Of a stretch of DNA of 33,398 nucleotides, positions 23,892-30,550 are shown one piece after another. The DNA comes from a virus: the UHGV virus genome UHGV-0115916; one strand, written 5' to 3'. How positions within the stretch are numbered: the first letter of the stretch is position 1; each line of letters starts with the position of its first letter. The position numbers and the translations under genes were made by a program. The notes below the pieces were generated by a model that saw nothing but the letters and a program-made list of their open reading frames with translations, made no database searches and had not been told where the DNA came from.

Positions 23892-23949
23892 CGAATTTTA
23901 AATACAATTCGCGGCGAAAACTCGATTTTTTTGTTCTCAATTAGAGAAC
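23892..23949. promoter_or_regulatory. Palindromic elements upstream of the terminase small subunit gene (candidate late operator / packaging-site region)
   Basis: CGAATT-N8-AATTCG (23892-23911) and perfect 17-bp palindrome GTTCTCAATTAGAGAAC (23933-23949) in the 229-bp intergenic region. Confidence 0.3.
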
Positions 23950-24041
23950 CTAAAGTTAAAACTTCACTCACGATTTTAATTTTTGATTTGTAATAATATT
24001 TATATTATCATTGTATTATAAAGTAACAACAAGGACATGTA

Positions 24042-24980
24042 ATGAAACACATAATCCAAACCAGAAGTGTTTTTAAGGATATCGAAGACTCTTTATTTAG
24101 TGAGTTGCATTCAGCTAAGACAAGTATCAAAATCTGTGTTGCATGGATAAACTTTGAGCTTTTTGAAAATATATTATTATCTAAGGCTAAAGAAGGTGTT
24201 GAAGTTGAGATATTAGTTAATAATGATTATATCAATACAAAATTTCTTGATAAAATATCTGATAATATAAAACCATTAATTAATCTAATTAAAAACCCTA
24301 TTAGTAACCACTTAATGCATCATAAATTTTGTATCATTGATGATGAAGTTTTGATTACTGGCAGTTATAATTGGTCAAAAAGAGCACCATATCATTATGA
24401 AAATATAATAATCATCCGTAATGATTTCAATCTAATAATGCAATTTAAACATGAGTTTGCAGATTTAAAATACATGGGTGCAATGCCAAGTACAGAATTT
24501 AATGCATTTAAAGTAACCAAAAATCTCAATAGATTTGTTGTTGGCACATATAGTTCATCTGTGGGGATATATGAAACCGTCACATTGCAGTTATGGGAAA
24601 TTGATATTAACAACTTAACTTTTGAACGACATGGCGAAATGGATATCCCTTTCTTCAATTATTTATTAGATATTAATACTGATGATCATTATCTTATTGA
24701 TGAAAAAGAAAGGTACATCGATCTATATGATCAAGAGCGTAGACAGATGGAGACTATCCAAAGTCATTTTAGAAGATTAAATTGTTCAATTCATGCTTAT
24801 GGAACAGCAATAATAGCGAACGAGAGCGAATACCTTGAAGGTTATGAAGAGCCTATTCGTGTAATTCACTTCAATTGGATAGATATGCGATTAAGCAAAG
24901 TATTACCCTCTTCTTTGCCCGCAACTATGGAACTTGAAGGATTATGGCACGAAATATATGCTCCAAATGGATATATTTAA
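24042..24980 (+). CDS. Phospholipase-D-family (single HKD motif) nuclease with uncharacterised C-terminal domain
   Basis: 312 aa; exact H-x-K-x4-D-x6-G-S-x-N motif at aa 93-110 (HHKFCIIDDEVLITGSYN); AAGGA RBS 6 nt before the ATG; AT-rich gene. Confidence 0.8.
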   Translation: MKHIIQTRSVFKDIEDSLFSELHSAKTSIKICVAWINFELFENILLSKAKEGVEVEILVNNDYINTKFLDKISDNIKPLINLIKNPISNHLMHHKFCIIDDEVLITGSYNWSKRAPYHYENIIIIRNDFNLIMQFKHEFADLKYMGAMPSTEFNAFKVTKNLNRFVVGTYSSSVGIYETVTLQLWEIDINNLTFERHGEMDIPFFNYLLDINTDDHYLIDEKERYIDLYDQERRQMETIQSHFRRLNCSIHAYGTAIIANESEYLEGYEEPIRVIHFNWIDMRLSKVLPSSLPATMELEGLWHEIYAPNGYI

Positions 24981-25012
24981 ATAATATTCTATAATTAATG
25001 AGGAACGGTATT

Positions 25013-25372
25013 ATGTCTAATTATCCTATACCACTTAGCCTTGAATTTAATAGTCAAGATACTGCTAATATCATTTGTAGTTATCTAGAAAAAAATCATC
25101 AAGATTCTATTTTAAAAACCATATTAAATATAGATTTGTCTTTTATTGATTATCGTGCACAATCTTCTAATTACTTTATAATTAATGACGTTGAATATAT
25201 TGGAGATAATAATTATATTTTATATTATAAAATAAACTACTACATTTATAATCTCTGTAAAGATATGGATATTGATGATGACTACGAGACTTCGATAAAT
25301 TTTACATTGAATAATGGATTTTTAGTATTTGATATAATTGATTGTGAAAGAAATATATCAGATGAAATATAG
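25013..25372 (+). CDS. Hypothetical acidic small protein, partner of the PLD-family nuclease
   Basis: 120 aa from ATG 25013 (GAGGA RBS 8 nt upstream; the track start 24998 lacks an RBS); Asp/Glu-rich (DMDIDDDYE, DIIDCERNISDEI); 32 nt downstream of the nuclease gene. Confidence 0.5.
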   Translation: MSNYPIPLSLEFNSQDTANIICSYLEKNHQDSILKTILNIDLSFIDYRAQSSNYFIINDVEYIGDNNYILYYKINYYIYNLCKDMDIDDDYETSINFTLNNGFLVFDIIDCERNISDEI

Positions 25373-25436
25373 CCATATTTAATTATCACTTAAGGATTTC
25401 AACATCAGGATTTAAATTTTAATTATATATAATAGT

Positions 25437-25468
25437 AAAAGCCTAATACTCATCAGTAATAGGCTTTT
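25437..25468. terminator. Bidirectional terminator hairpin between convergent accessory operons
   Basis: 9-bp stem AAAAGCCTA (25437-25445) / TAGGCTTTT (25460-25468) with a 14-nt loop; A/T-rich flanks. Confidence 0.5.
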
Positions 25469-25475
25469 ACCTAAA

Positions 25476-25895
25476 TTATAATTGATTCAATCGATAGATA
25501 TTAGATGTACTTGAGCCATCGCTATACACCTCTGATATAGTCAGTTTGTTTCCATCCACTTTGTATTTTACTACACTATCAGCCGGATCATTTCTCCAAC
25601 GACCTGAGCTATCTGGATTGTTTGATGCCCACATAACTTGATCATCAATCAGTTTGCACTTGATAGCCCATCTTGTGCTGTCATCTTTACGTATGTAATG
25701 GACATAGGCTACATCAGATTGAATCTTATCAAGCTTCATTATTTTATGATCTCGCCCAAACATAGATGCAGCCGCCGCTTTGCAGATCTGACCAACATTA
25801 GCTTCCGCTGCGTAGAGTGAAGAACTGAACAATAATGGCACAATCACTAATAACTTTATCATCGCATATCGTCTCGTAGTAAAAATTAATTTCAC
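25476..25895 (-). CDS. Exported (signal-peptide) protein of unknown function
   Basis: 139 aa; GTG start at 25895 with AAGGA RBS; N-terminus MKLIFTTRRYAMIKLLVIVPLLFSSSLYA-AEA is a classical signal peptide; 1-nt gap to the upstream HNH gene. Confidence 0.6.
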   Translation of the reverse strand: MKLIFTTRRYAMIKLLVIVPLLFSSSLYAAEANVGQICKAAAASMFGRDHKIMKLDKIQSDVAYVHYIRKDDSTRWAIKCKLIDDQVMWASNNPDSSGRWRNDPADSVVKYKVDGNKLTISEVYSDGSSTSNIYRLNQL

Positions 25896-25896
25896 C

Positions 25897-26622
25897 TTAT
25901 TTCCTTAATAACTTTTTTAATTCCTCAACTGTCTTCATTTCTTTTCCAATATGAATCATTGCATGACAGTTTGCACATAAAGGTATAAGATCTTCAATTG
26001 GGTCAATCTTATAGCGTTTACCAATAGTATGTAGTGGCACTATATGATGAACATGAATATAATTTTTTCCGTGACTTCCATACACTTCTTCAAAATTAAA
26101 ACCACAGACACCACAACTCAAACCATGTTTATCGATACATTCTTTTCTAGCCTTTGGATCTCTCTCATAGTACGTAGCAATCCTTTGATGCTTTTCACCT
26201 TCATAGTATTCACTTTCTATTTCAGGTGTGAATGAATAGTAATCTTCATCGGTGGCATACCAATCTCCATCTTTTTTAGTAAGATATTTTCGTACTATTT
26301 TCTTTTCAAAATGTTTAATCCTAGCAGCACCATTTTCAGTTGTTTTCTCATGCCTAGTCTGGCTAAAGGTGAAAAGACTATACCCTTCATGTAAAATTTT
26401 ATCTATGTGTTCGATAGATTGTGTATAACCATTTTTTTTGTGTCCATTTACATTTTCACGCCAACTGCTAGCCAAGATTAAAACTTTCTTACCATCATCT
26501 GATCTAAGATCTTCCCAAGCTCCAAAAATTATTTTTTTGTTGATCTCATCAATAAATGACCAACTCCAGTTATCATTTTTACATGTAGCACCCAAAGAAC
26601 GCATGAACTCTGTTCGGGACAT
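25897..26622 (-). CDS. HNH nuclease (restriction / McrA-like) with N-terminal domain of unknown function
   Basis: 241 aa; C-terminal HNH motif CGVCGFNFEEVYGSHGKNYIHVHHIVPLHTIG ... LIPLCANCHAMIH; AAGGA RBS; N-terminal ~150 aa Trp-rich domain not identified. Confidence 0.75.
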   Translation of the reverse strand: MSRTEFMRSLGATCKNDNWSWSFIDEINKKIIFGAWEDLRSDDGKKVLILASSWRENVNGHKKNGYTQSIEHIDKILHEGYSLFTFSQTRHEKTTENGAARIKHFEKKIVRKYLTKKDGDWYATDEDYYSFTPEIESEYYEGEKHQRIATYYERDPKARKECIDKHGLSCGVCGFNFEEVYGSHGKNYIHVHHIVPLHTIGKRYKIDPIEDLIPLCANCHAMIHIGKEMKTVEELKKLLRK

Positions 26623-26659
26623 TTTTCATCCTTAAAATATGTGACCTACATCACATGAA

Positions 26660-26742
26660 ACTATCGACTGTAGGAGGTTTCTATCCTTCGTAAAGCTAAC
26701 AAACCTACCCAAAGTAGATAGAAACCTCCTACAATCGATAGT
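26660..26742. repeat. 26-bp near-perfect inverted repeat between divergent operons (candidate operator or RNA structure)
   Basis: Left arm ACTATCGACTGTAGGAGGTTTCTATC (26660-26685), right arm GATAGAAACCTCCTACAATCGATAGT (26717-26742); 25 of 26 positions complementary; 31-bp spacer. Confidence 0.7.
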
Positions 26743-26802
26743 GTATGTGTGTTCCTTTTGATGGTAAAGTATTAATATAGTGTTACCTAGACTGGGTGTA
26801 CA

Positions 26803-26808
26803 TATAAT
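26803..26808 (+). promoter_or_regulatory. Candidate -10 element (TATAAT) for the membrane-protein operon
   Basis: Perfect TATAAT 18 nt upstream of ATG 26826; no convincing -35 found, and the region is so AT-rich that this is weak evidence. Confidence 0.25.
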
Positions 26809-26825
26809 CAATATTTGGGTTTGAT

Positions 26826-27536
26826 ATGCTTAATCTCACTAAATGTAATTTACTTTTGATCGGCACTGTAATAACTCTATTACTGATAGCTATTCTTGTA
26901 GGTATAAAAATACTATTCTCCGATTCTAATCCAGATCTAGGCAGCTTAGCAGATTGGATCAGTTCTGTATCCGCAATAGGGACTCTTGGTGTTGCCTGGT
27001 TAGCTTATAGTAAAGCTGATGACTACATTGACAAAAAAGCTTCGGAAAGAGGAATTGATATCCTTGTCAATATGGTAACTGAATCATTCGTTGCTTATTT
27101 CAACTCACTAAATGAAACTAATTTCCATGCTTCAAAACTTGAAAATAAAATGATATTGATTGGCTTGGTTGATGAAAAAGTAGATTGCAATATTGAACTA
27201 CAATCATTAAGAGAAAAAATCATAACTCTCTTCGAAAATAGTCATCAAATAGACAAAGATTTTATAAAAATGAAAATAATGAAAATATCAAAACCCAGTG
27301 ATATTTTCTACGATCCAGTAACTAGCGATGATACATTGCAAGCGTTAAAATTAGCATTTCATAAACTGAACACTGAAATTTGTGAGAATGAAAATCAATA
27401 CAACATTAATAATGATTTACTTAGCGAAAATATCAACTTTATTAAAAACACTACCGAAAAGTTAGCCCATGATATTCGCAAACAGTTCTTTACCTCGCCG
27501 AATACTTATAAAGATTATTTTGGAAATCTGTCTTAA
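26826..27536 (+). CDS. Signal-anchored membrane protein (paralogue of the 1056..1796 product)
   Basis: 236 aa; N-terminal helix LLLIGTVITLLLIAILVGIKILF, DLGSLADWISS motif, second hydrophobic stretch, then a ~170-aa soluble domain. Confidence 0.6.
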   Translation: MLNLTKCNLLLIGTVITLLLIAILVGIKILFSDSNPDLGSLADWISSVSAIGTLGVAWLAYSKADDYIDKKASERGIDILVNMVTESFVAYFNSLNETNFHASKLENKMILIGLVDEKVDCNIELQSLREKIITLFENSHQIDKDFIKMKIMKISKPSDIFYDPVTSDDTLQALKLAFHKLNTEICENENQYNINNDLLSENINFIKNTTEKLAHDIRKQFFTSPNTYKDYFGNLS

Positions 27537-27581
27537 ATTATACGCTATCAAATATTCCATCAACATAAACAAGGAAAGTAG

Positions 27582-28280
27582 ATGACTACTCTCACTAGAA
27601 CTTATAATTTACCAAATGAGCTAGTTGAACATTTTTCAAATAACATTGTCTATTTCGAAAAACTTTTGTCTAAGGATTTTTCTGACTTAAATGTTAATGT
27701 AGCACCAGAAGACATTAAGAAAATAGAAAAATCTTTCGAAGTATCACATAGAATACGTGATTTCGAAATCAATCTGTATTGGCAAAGACTGAACTTCCTT
27801 TGGGCCATTACAGCATTGCTATTTGCTGGATGGGGAACATTGATCTTTAAAATCATCGAATTCAATGGAGGGGAAGCACCTTATATTATATTTGCCGCCT
27901 TATCATTTCTCTCACTTATAGGTGGGATTGTAACTATATTCACAAGCTTTATCATTGAGGCAGGTAAGCATTGGCAAAAGGTTTGGGAGTTTCATGTTCA
28001 CGCTCTTGAACCTTTTGTATCAGGTCATTTATATGCAATTCAGTTTTCTTATAAAAATAAAAAAAAGGCATCTATAAGTAGAAGCGTAGAAACTTTCAAT
28101 TATGCTTTGCTGTTTCTTTGGGCATGTTCAGCAGTATTCGCCGCAATCATCCCTTCACAAATAGGGAACGGTCTTGCAGGCATTATCCAATTAGTTATTT
28201 CTCTTCTTATAGTTGGTGCTTTTGTTTATATACGCAACTCTGTTACTAAAAAGGAGTCTATTAAAATTCAGCTTGATTAA
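27582..28280 (+). CDS. Integral membrane protein with about four predicted helices
   Basis: 232 aa; ~70-aa soluble N-terminus, then hydrophobic segments (LNFLWAITALLFAGWGTLIF; YIIFAALSFLSLIGGIVTIFTSFII; ALLFLWACSAVFAAIIP; LAGIIQLVISLLIVGAFVYI); AAGGAAAG RBS; 45 nt downstream of the 26826..27536 gene. Confidence 0.6.
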   Translation: MTTLTRTYNLPNELVEHFSNNIVYFEKLLSKDFSDLNVNVAPEDIKKIEKSFEVSHRIRDFEINLYWQRLNFLWAITALLFAGWGTLIFKIIEFNGGEAPYIIFAALSFLSLIGGIVTIFTSFIIEAGKHWQKVWEFHVHALEPFVSGHLYAIQFSYKNKKKASISRSVETFNYALLFLWACSAVFAAIIPSQIGNGLAGIIQLVISLLIVGAFVYIRNSVTKKESIKIQLD

Positions 28281-28300
28281 TGTAGCATAAGGCATCTACT

Positions 28301-28510
28301 TTAAGCAGCCCCATAATGGGGCTTTCTTTTTTTAGCATTTACTTTTTGAATGCTCATAAGAATCTCACGTACCTTTGCTTCATTATCACCTGCATCATAT
28401 AGTACCCCATCTTTCCAGTACTGACCCAGTAGTTCTACTTTTGGTAAGCCCGGCATTGCCCTTACTCCATCTTCGTGATCAATATGTAATTCAAGTGATC
28501 CAATAATCAT
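28301..28510 (-). CDS. Hypothetical small protein
   Basis: 69-aa ORF; start overlaps the upstream ORF by 4 nt (ATGA-type coupling); 3' end overlaps the terminator hairpin. Confidence 0.4.
   Translation of the reverse strand: MIIGSLELHIDHEDGVRAMPGLPKVELLGQYWKDGVLYDAGDNEAKVREILMSIQKVNAKKRKPHYGAA
28307..28333 (+). terminator. Intrinsic terminator of the plus-strand membrane-protein operon
   Basis: 7-bp stem AGCCCCA (28307-28313) / TGGGGCT (28317-28323), 3-nt loop, then TTCTTTTTTTT. Confidence 0.65.
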
Positions 28511-28707
28511 TGCACGAAAGTTGTTAGGGTTAATTGAAAGTATTCTGCATCGTCTGGTTGTAGTTCAGCGTAATATTCTGGTGTGCTATCAAATGTAATT
28601 TCATTATTGATCATTACGCCCTGTGTATTTACTGCATATCTACGTTGTTTCATTCGGTCAAATAATAGTATTCCTTTCACGCGGTGATATGTTGTTAGTT
28701 CCCTCAT
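28507..28707 (-). CDS. Hypothetical small protein
   Basis: 66-aa ORF with 4-nt overlaps at both ends. Confidence 0.4.
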   Translation of the reverse strand: MRELTTYHRVKGILLFDRMKQRRYAVNTQGVMINNEITFDSTPEYYAELQPDDAEYFQLTLTTFVQ

Positions 28708-28967
28708 TTGGTTAGTCCTTGGTAGTAAGCCTTAGTAGCTCTGATATTGAATTCTTTGTTTAGGTGTGTATATGATGGCATATGCCCGTTATCCGTCATG
28801 TATCGCTCTATGTAGGCCGTAAGTAGTTCTAACTTGGTTGGGCTTACATCTGGTGTATCACTCAATAGAGAGCGTTTAGGGGCGTTATAGAGGCCATCAC
28901 TTCGACCGCCTTGATTCTTGATATTGTGGCGTAGTGTATTCCACTTACCGGGCTTTTGTTTTGGCAT
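28704..28967 (-). CDS. Hypothetical small basic protein (87 aa from ATG 28967)
   Basis: Start reassigned from the track GTG (29033) to ATG 28967, which has an AGGAG RBS; the discarded N-terminal extension lies in a GC-rich repeat block. Confidence 0.45.
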   Translation of the reverse strand: MPKQKPGKWNTLRHNIKNQGGRSDGLYNAPKRSLLSDTPDVSPTKLELLTAYIERYMTDNGHMPSYTHLNKEFNIRATKAYYQGLTK

Positions 28968-29000
28968 AGTATTGTACTCCTGTACTGGTTGATTAATTGG

Positions 29001-29045
29001 GGCGGCGACTCGTTCACACCTGCGGCGGTTCACTGCGTGGCGACT
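29001..29045. repeat. GC-rich block with short direct repeats
   Basis: GGCGACT occurs at 29004 and 29039 and GTTCAC at 29012 and 29028, inside an otherwise AT-rich region. Confidence 0.5.
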
Positions 29046-29109
29046 TCAAGAGACTTTGAATAACTGACTTTCAGTAGTATCTCTTGAGTACTTACACCTA
29101 CTGGAGTGA

Positions 29110-29164
29110 GCGAAAGCGAGAAAAGCACGCTTGCGGGTTTTCGATGCGATAGCGAGAAAAACGC
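29110..29164. repeat. Imperfect ~19-bp direct repeat pair (iteron-like)
   Basis: GCGAAAGCGAGAAAAGCACGC (29110-29130) and GCGATAGCGAGAAAAACGC (29146-29164); AGCGAGAAAA core at 29115 and 29151 (36-bp period). Confidence 0.6.
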
Positions 29165-29191
29165 AATGTGATACCCTTATGTGTTTTTTAT

Positions 29192-29249
29192 AGGGATAAT
29201 AGATAAGACGCTTTAGCGGATTAGCTATTATCCCTCTGAATAATAGATA
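29192..29249. repeat. 11-bp perfect inverted repeat plus 10-bp direct repeat
   Basis: AGGGATAATAG (29192-29202) and its complement CTATTATCCCT (29225-29235); ATAATAGATA at 29196 and 29240. Confidence 0.6.
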
Positions 29250-29272
29250 TGGCGTATTTTATATCTGTTTTT

Positions 29273-29432
29273 CATCTTTCCATTAGAAAGTAGGATAATT
29301 ATAATAGGTTGGAAAGATGCCATTTTGCCCCCCATTTTAACGGTAGAATGCGGGTTTCAGGGGTGTTGTTGGCCATATTTTCACACCATCTTTCCATCAA
29401 AGGGATTCCCACGCTAAACAGTTGGAAAGATG
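29273..29432. repeat. Four copies of an 11-bp motif (TTGGAAAGATG) in alternating orientation
   Basis: CATCTTTCCAT at 29273-29283 and 29387-29397 (latter written with one flanking base as 29387-29398); TTGGAAAGATG at 29309-29319 and 29422-29432; forms two inverted pairs with 35-36 bp offsets. Confidence 0.7.
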
Positions 29433-29434
29433 AT

Positions 29435-29911
29435 TTATAGTGAATTTATGTATACCTTGATACTTCCTAAGCTAGTTCCATCCCTCATCATCTGGTGTAC
29501 TTTCTTTTTTTCGTGCTGTGTTAGCTGTCGTGCATCACCCTTTAGTGCATACTTGATCATTACGCCGTGATTGTATGCCTCTAATAGTTCGTGTGCGGCC
29601 TTTACTGCAATGTTTCTATAATTATATAGCATTGACTTGTTTAGCGGCTTCTCGTTCCATTTCATGCGATTCTGGCGGCGAGTATTCACGGTATGTTGTA
29701 CTTCCTCTATTCCAATCATAGGACACTCTAAAACCAGCTTTAGGATCTCTAACCTACTAACCTTAGTACGGCTAGTGGTTCCTTCAAACTCTTTAGTAAT
29801 GACTTCATCAATAATATCTATTGCTTCTGGTGTAAACTGATTCAAAAACTTATAACCTGATAAAACGTTGTGTAAGTCTGTATTGTCGTATAATTTCTTT
29901 TTTCCTGCCAT
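29435..29911 (-). CDS. Hypothetical protein, possible DNA-binding regulator
   Basis: Start reassigned to ATG 29911 (MAGKKKLYDN...) because the track start codon at 29974 lies inside the stem of a strong hairpin; basic protein with no confident motif. Confidence 0.45.
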   Translation of the reverse strand: MAGKKKLYDNTDLHNVLSGYKFLNQFTPEAIDIIDEVITKEFEGTTSRTKVSRLEILKLVLECPMIGIEEVQHTVNTRRQNRMKWNEKPLNKSMLYNYRNIAVKAAHELLEAYNHGVMIKYALKGDARQLTQHEKKKVHQMMRDGTSLGSIKVYINSL

Positions 29912-29948
29912 AATAAATACCTTTATAAAATGTGTTATGTTCCTTAAT

Positions 29949-29986
29949 GGCGTTATGGTGTTTTCTCCCACCATAACGCCTTTTTA
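29949..29986 (+). terminator. Strong hairpin (12-bp stem) with trailing T-run
   Basis: GGCGTTATGGTG (29949-29960), 8-nt loop, CACCATAACGCC (29969-29980), then TTTTTATT on the plus strand; lies between the homing endonuclease stop and the 29911 start. Confidence 0.45.
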
Positions 29987-30472
29987 TTAGTTGTCTTTTG
30001 CAACCTTTGTATATGTCTGTCTATGTGTACTTCTATTGTACTTTTCATTCATGAATAGCGTGATATTGATACATGACATTCCACCAGTGTATAACGCCTT
30101 TACTTCATCTTTTTGTACTGGTGTTAGACGTGGTTCATTTTGTTTCTTACGTACTGCCTTACATGAATTTTCACTATATGTAATCCACTGCAAATTAGAA
30201 ATATTGTTGTCTCGTTTATCACTATTGATATTATCTACAACTAATCTTTTATTTGTTTGGGGTTTACTTAGAAATGTTTCTGCTACGAGTCTGTGTGTCT
30301 CTATCGGATATGATTTAGATTTCCCATCCTCATAAACAGTTAAAGTAACTTTATAGTACCCATTACTTTTACTATAACTCTGTGTTAGATAATTACCCGT
30401 TTTAGTATTGCGTACTTCTCCGTTACTACTTACTTCATAATTTACATATTGTGTTTGTTTCCATAATGTCAT
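29987..30472 (-). CDS. HNH homing endonuclease-like protein (NUMOD4 + HNH_3-type)
   Basis: 161 aa; YEVSSNGEVRN...NGYY.V.L...GKSKSY.IHRLVAETFL (NUMOD4-like) followed by VVDNINSDKRDNNISNLQWITYSEN (HNH_3-like). Confidence 0.75.
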   Translation of the reverse strand: MTLWKQTQYVNYEVSSNGEVRNTKTGNYLTQSYSKSNGYYKVTLTVYEDGKSKSYPIETHRLVAETFLSKPQTNKRLVVDNINSDKRDNNISNLQWITYSENSCKAVRKKQNEPRLTPVQKDEVKALYTGGMSCINITLFMNEKYNRSTHRQTYTKVAKDN

Positions 30473-30550
30473 TTTCTCTTCCTTGGACTATGGGGTACTG
30501 TGCAATCCTTGCAAGTACATGAGTAATACTTTTTACGATAGTATCAAACG

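Noticed and set aside
24395-24658. Minus-strand 87-aa ORF inside the PLD-family nuclease gene
   Set aside because: Antisense to a gene with a clear HKD motif; AT-rich sequence generates long random ORFs.
25476-25895. Twin-arginine (Tat) signal in the exported protein (TTRRYAMIK)
   Set aside because: The RR lies close to the N-terminus but the consensus S/T-R-R-x-F-L-K is not matched well; called only as a generic signal peptide.
26044-26635. Plus-strand ORFs 26044..26235 and 26438..26635
   Set aside because: Antisense to the HNH nuclease gene, which has a convincing catalytic motif.
26826-28280. Naming the membrane pair as a known exclusion system (RexAB-like or Kiwa-like)
   Set aside because: Only a loose architectural analogy; no sequence motif supports either assignment, so it is reported as uncharacterised.
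28968-29033. N-terminal extension of the 28704..29033 track ORF
   Set aside because: It starts at GTG without an RBS and runs through the GC-rich repeat block, whereas ATG 28967 has an AGGAG RBS; the shorter CDS is preferred.
29001-29045. GC-rich block considered as a tRNA gene, tRNA fragment or att core
   Set aside because: No T-loop (GTTCGAATC-like) or acceptor-stem pairing could be traced, and there is no second copy elsewhere in the window; kept only as a repeat.
29991-30335. Plus-strand 114-aa ORF
   Set aside because: Antisense to the HNH/NUMOD4 homing-endonuclease-like gene.
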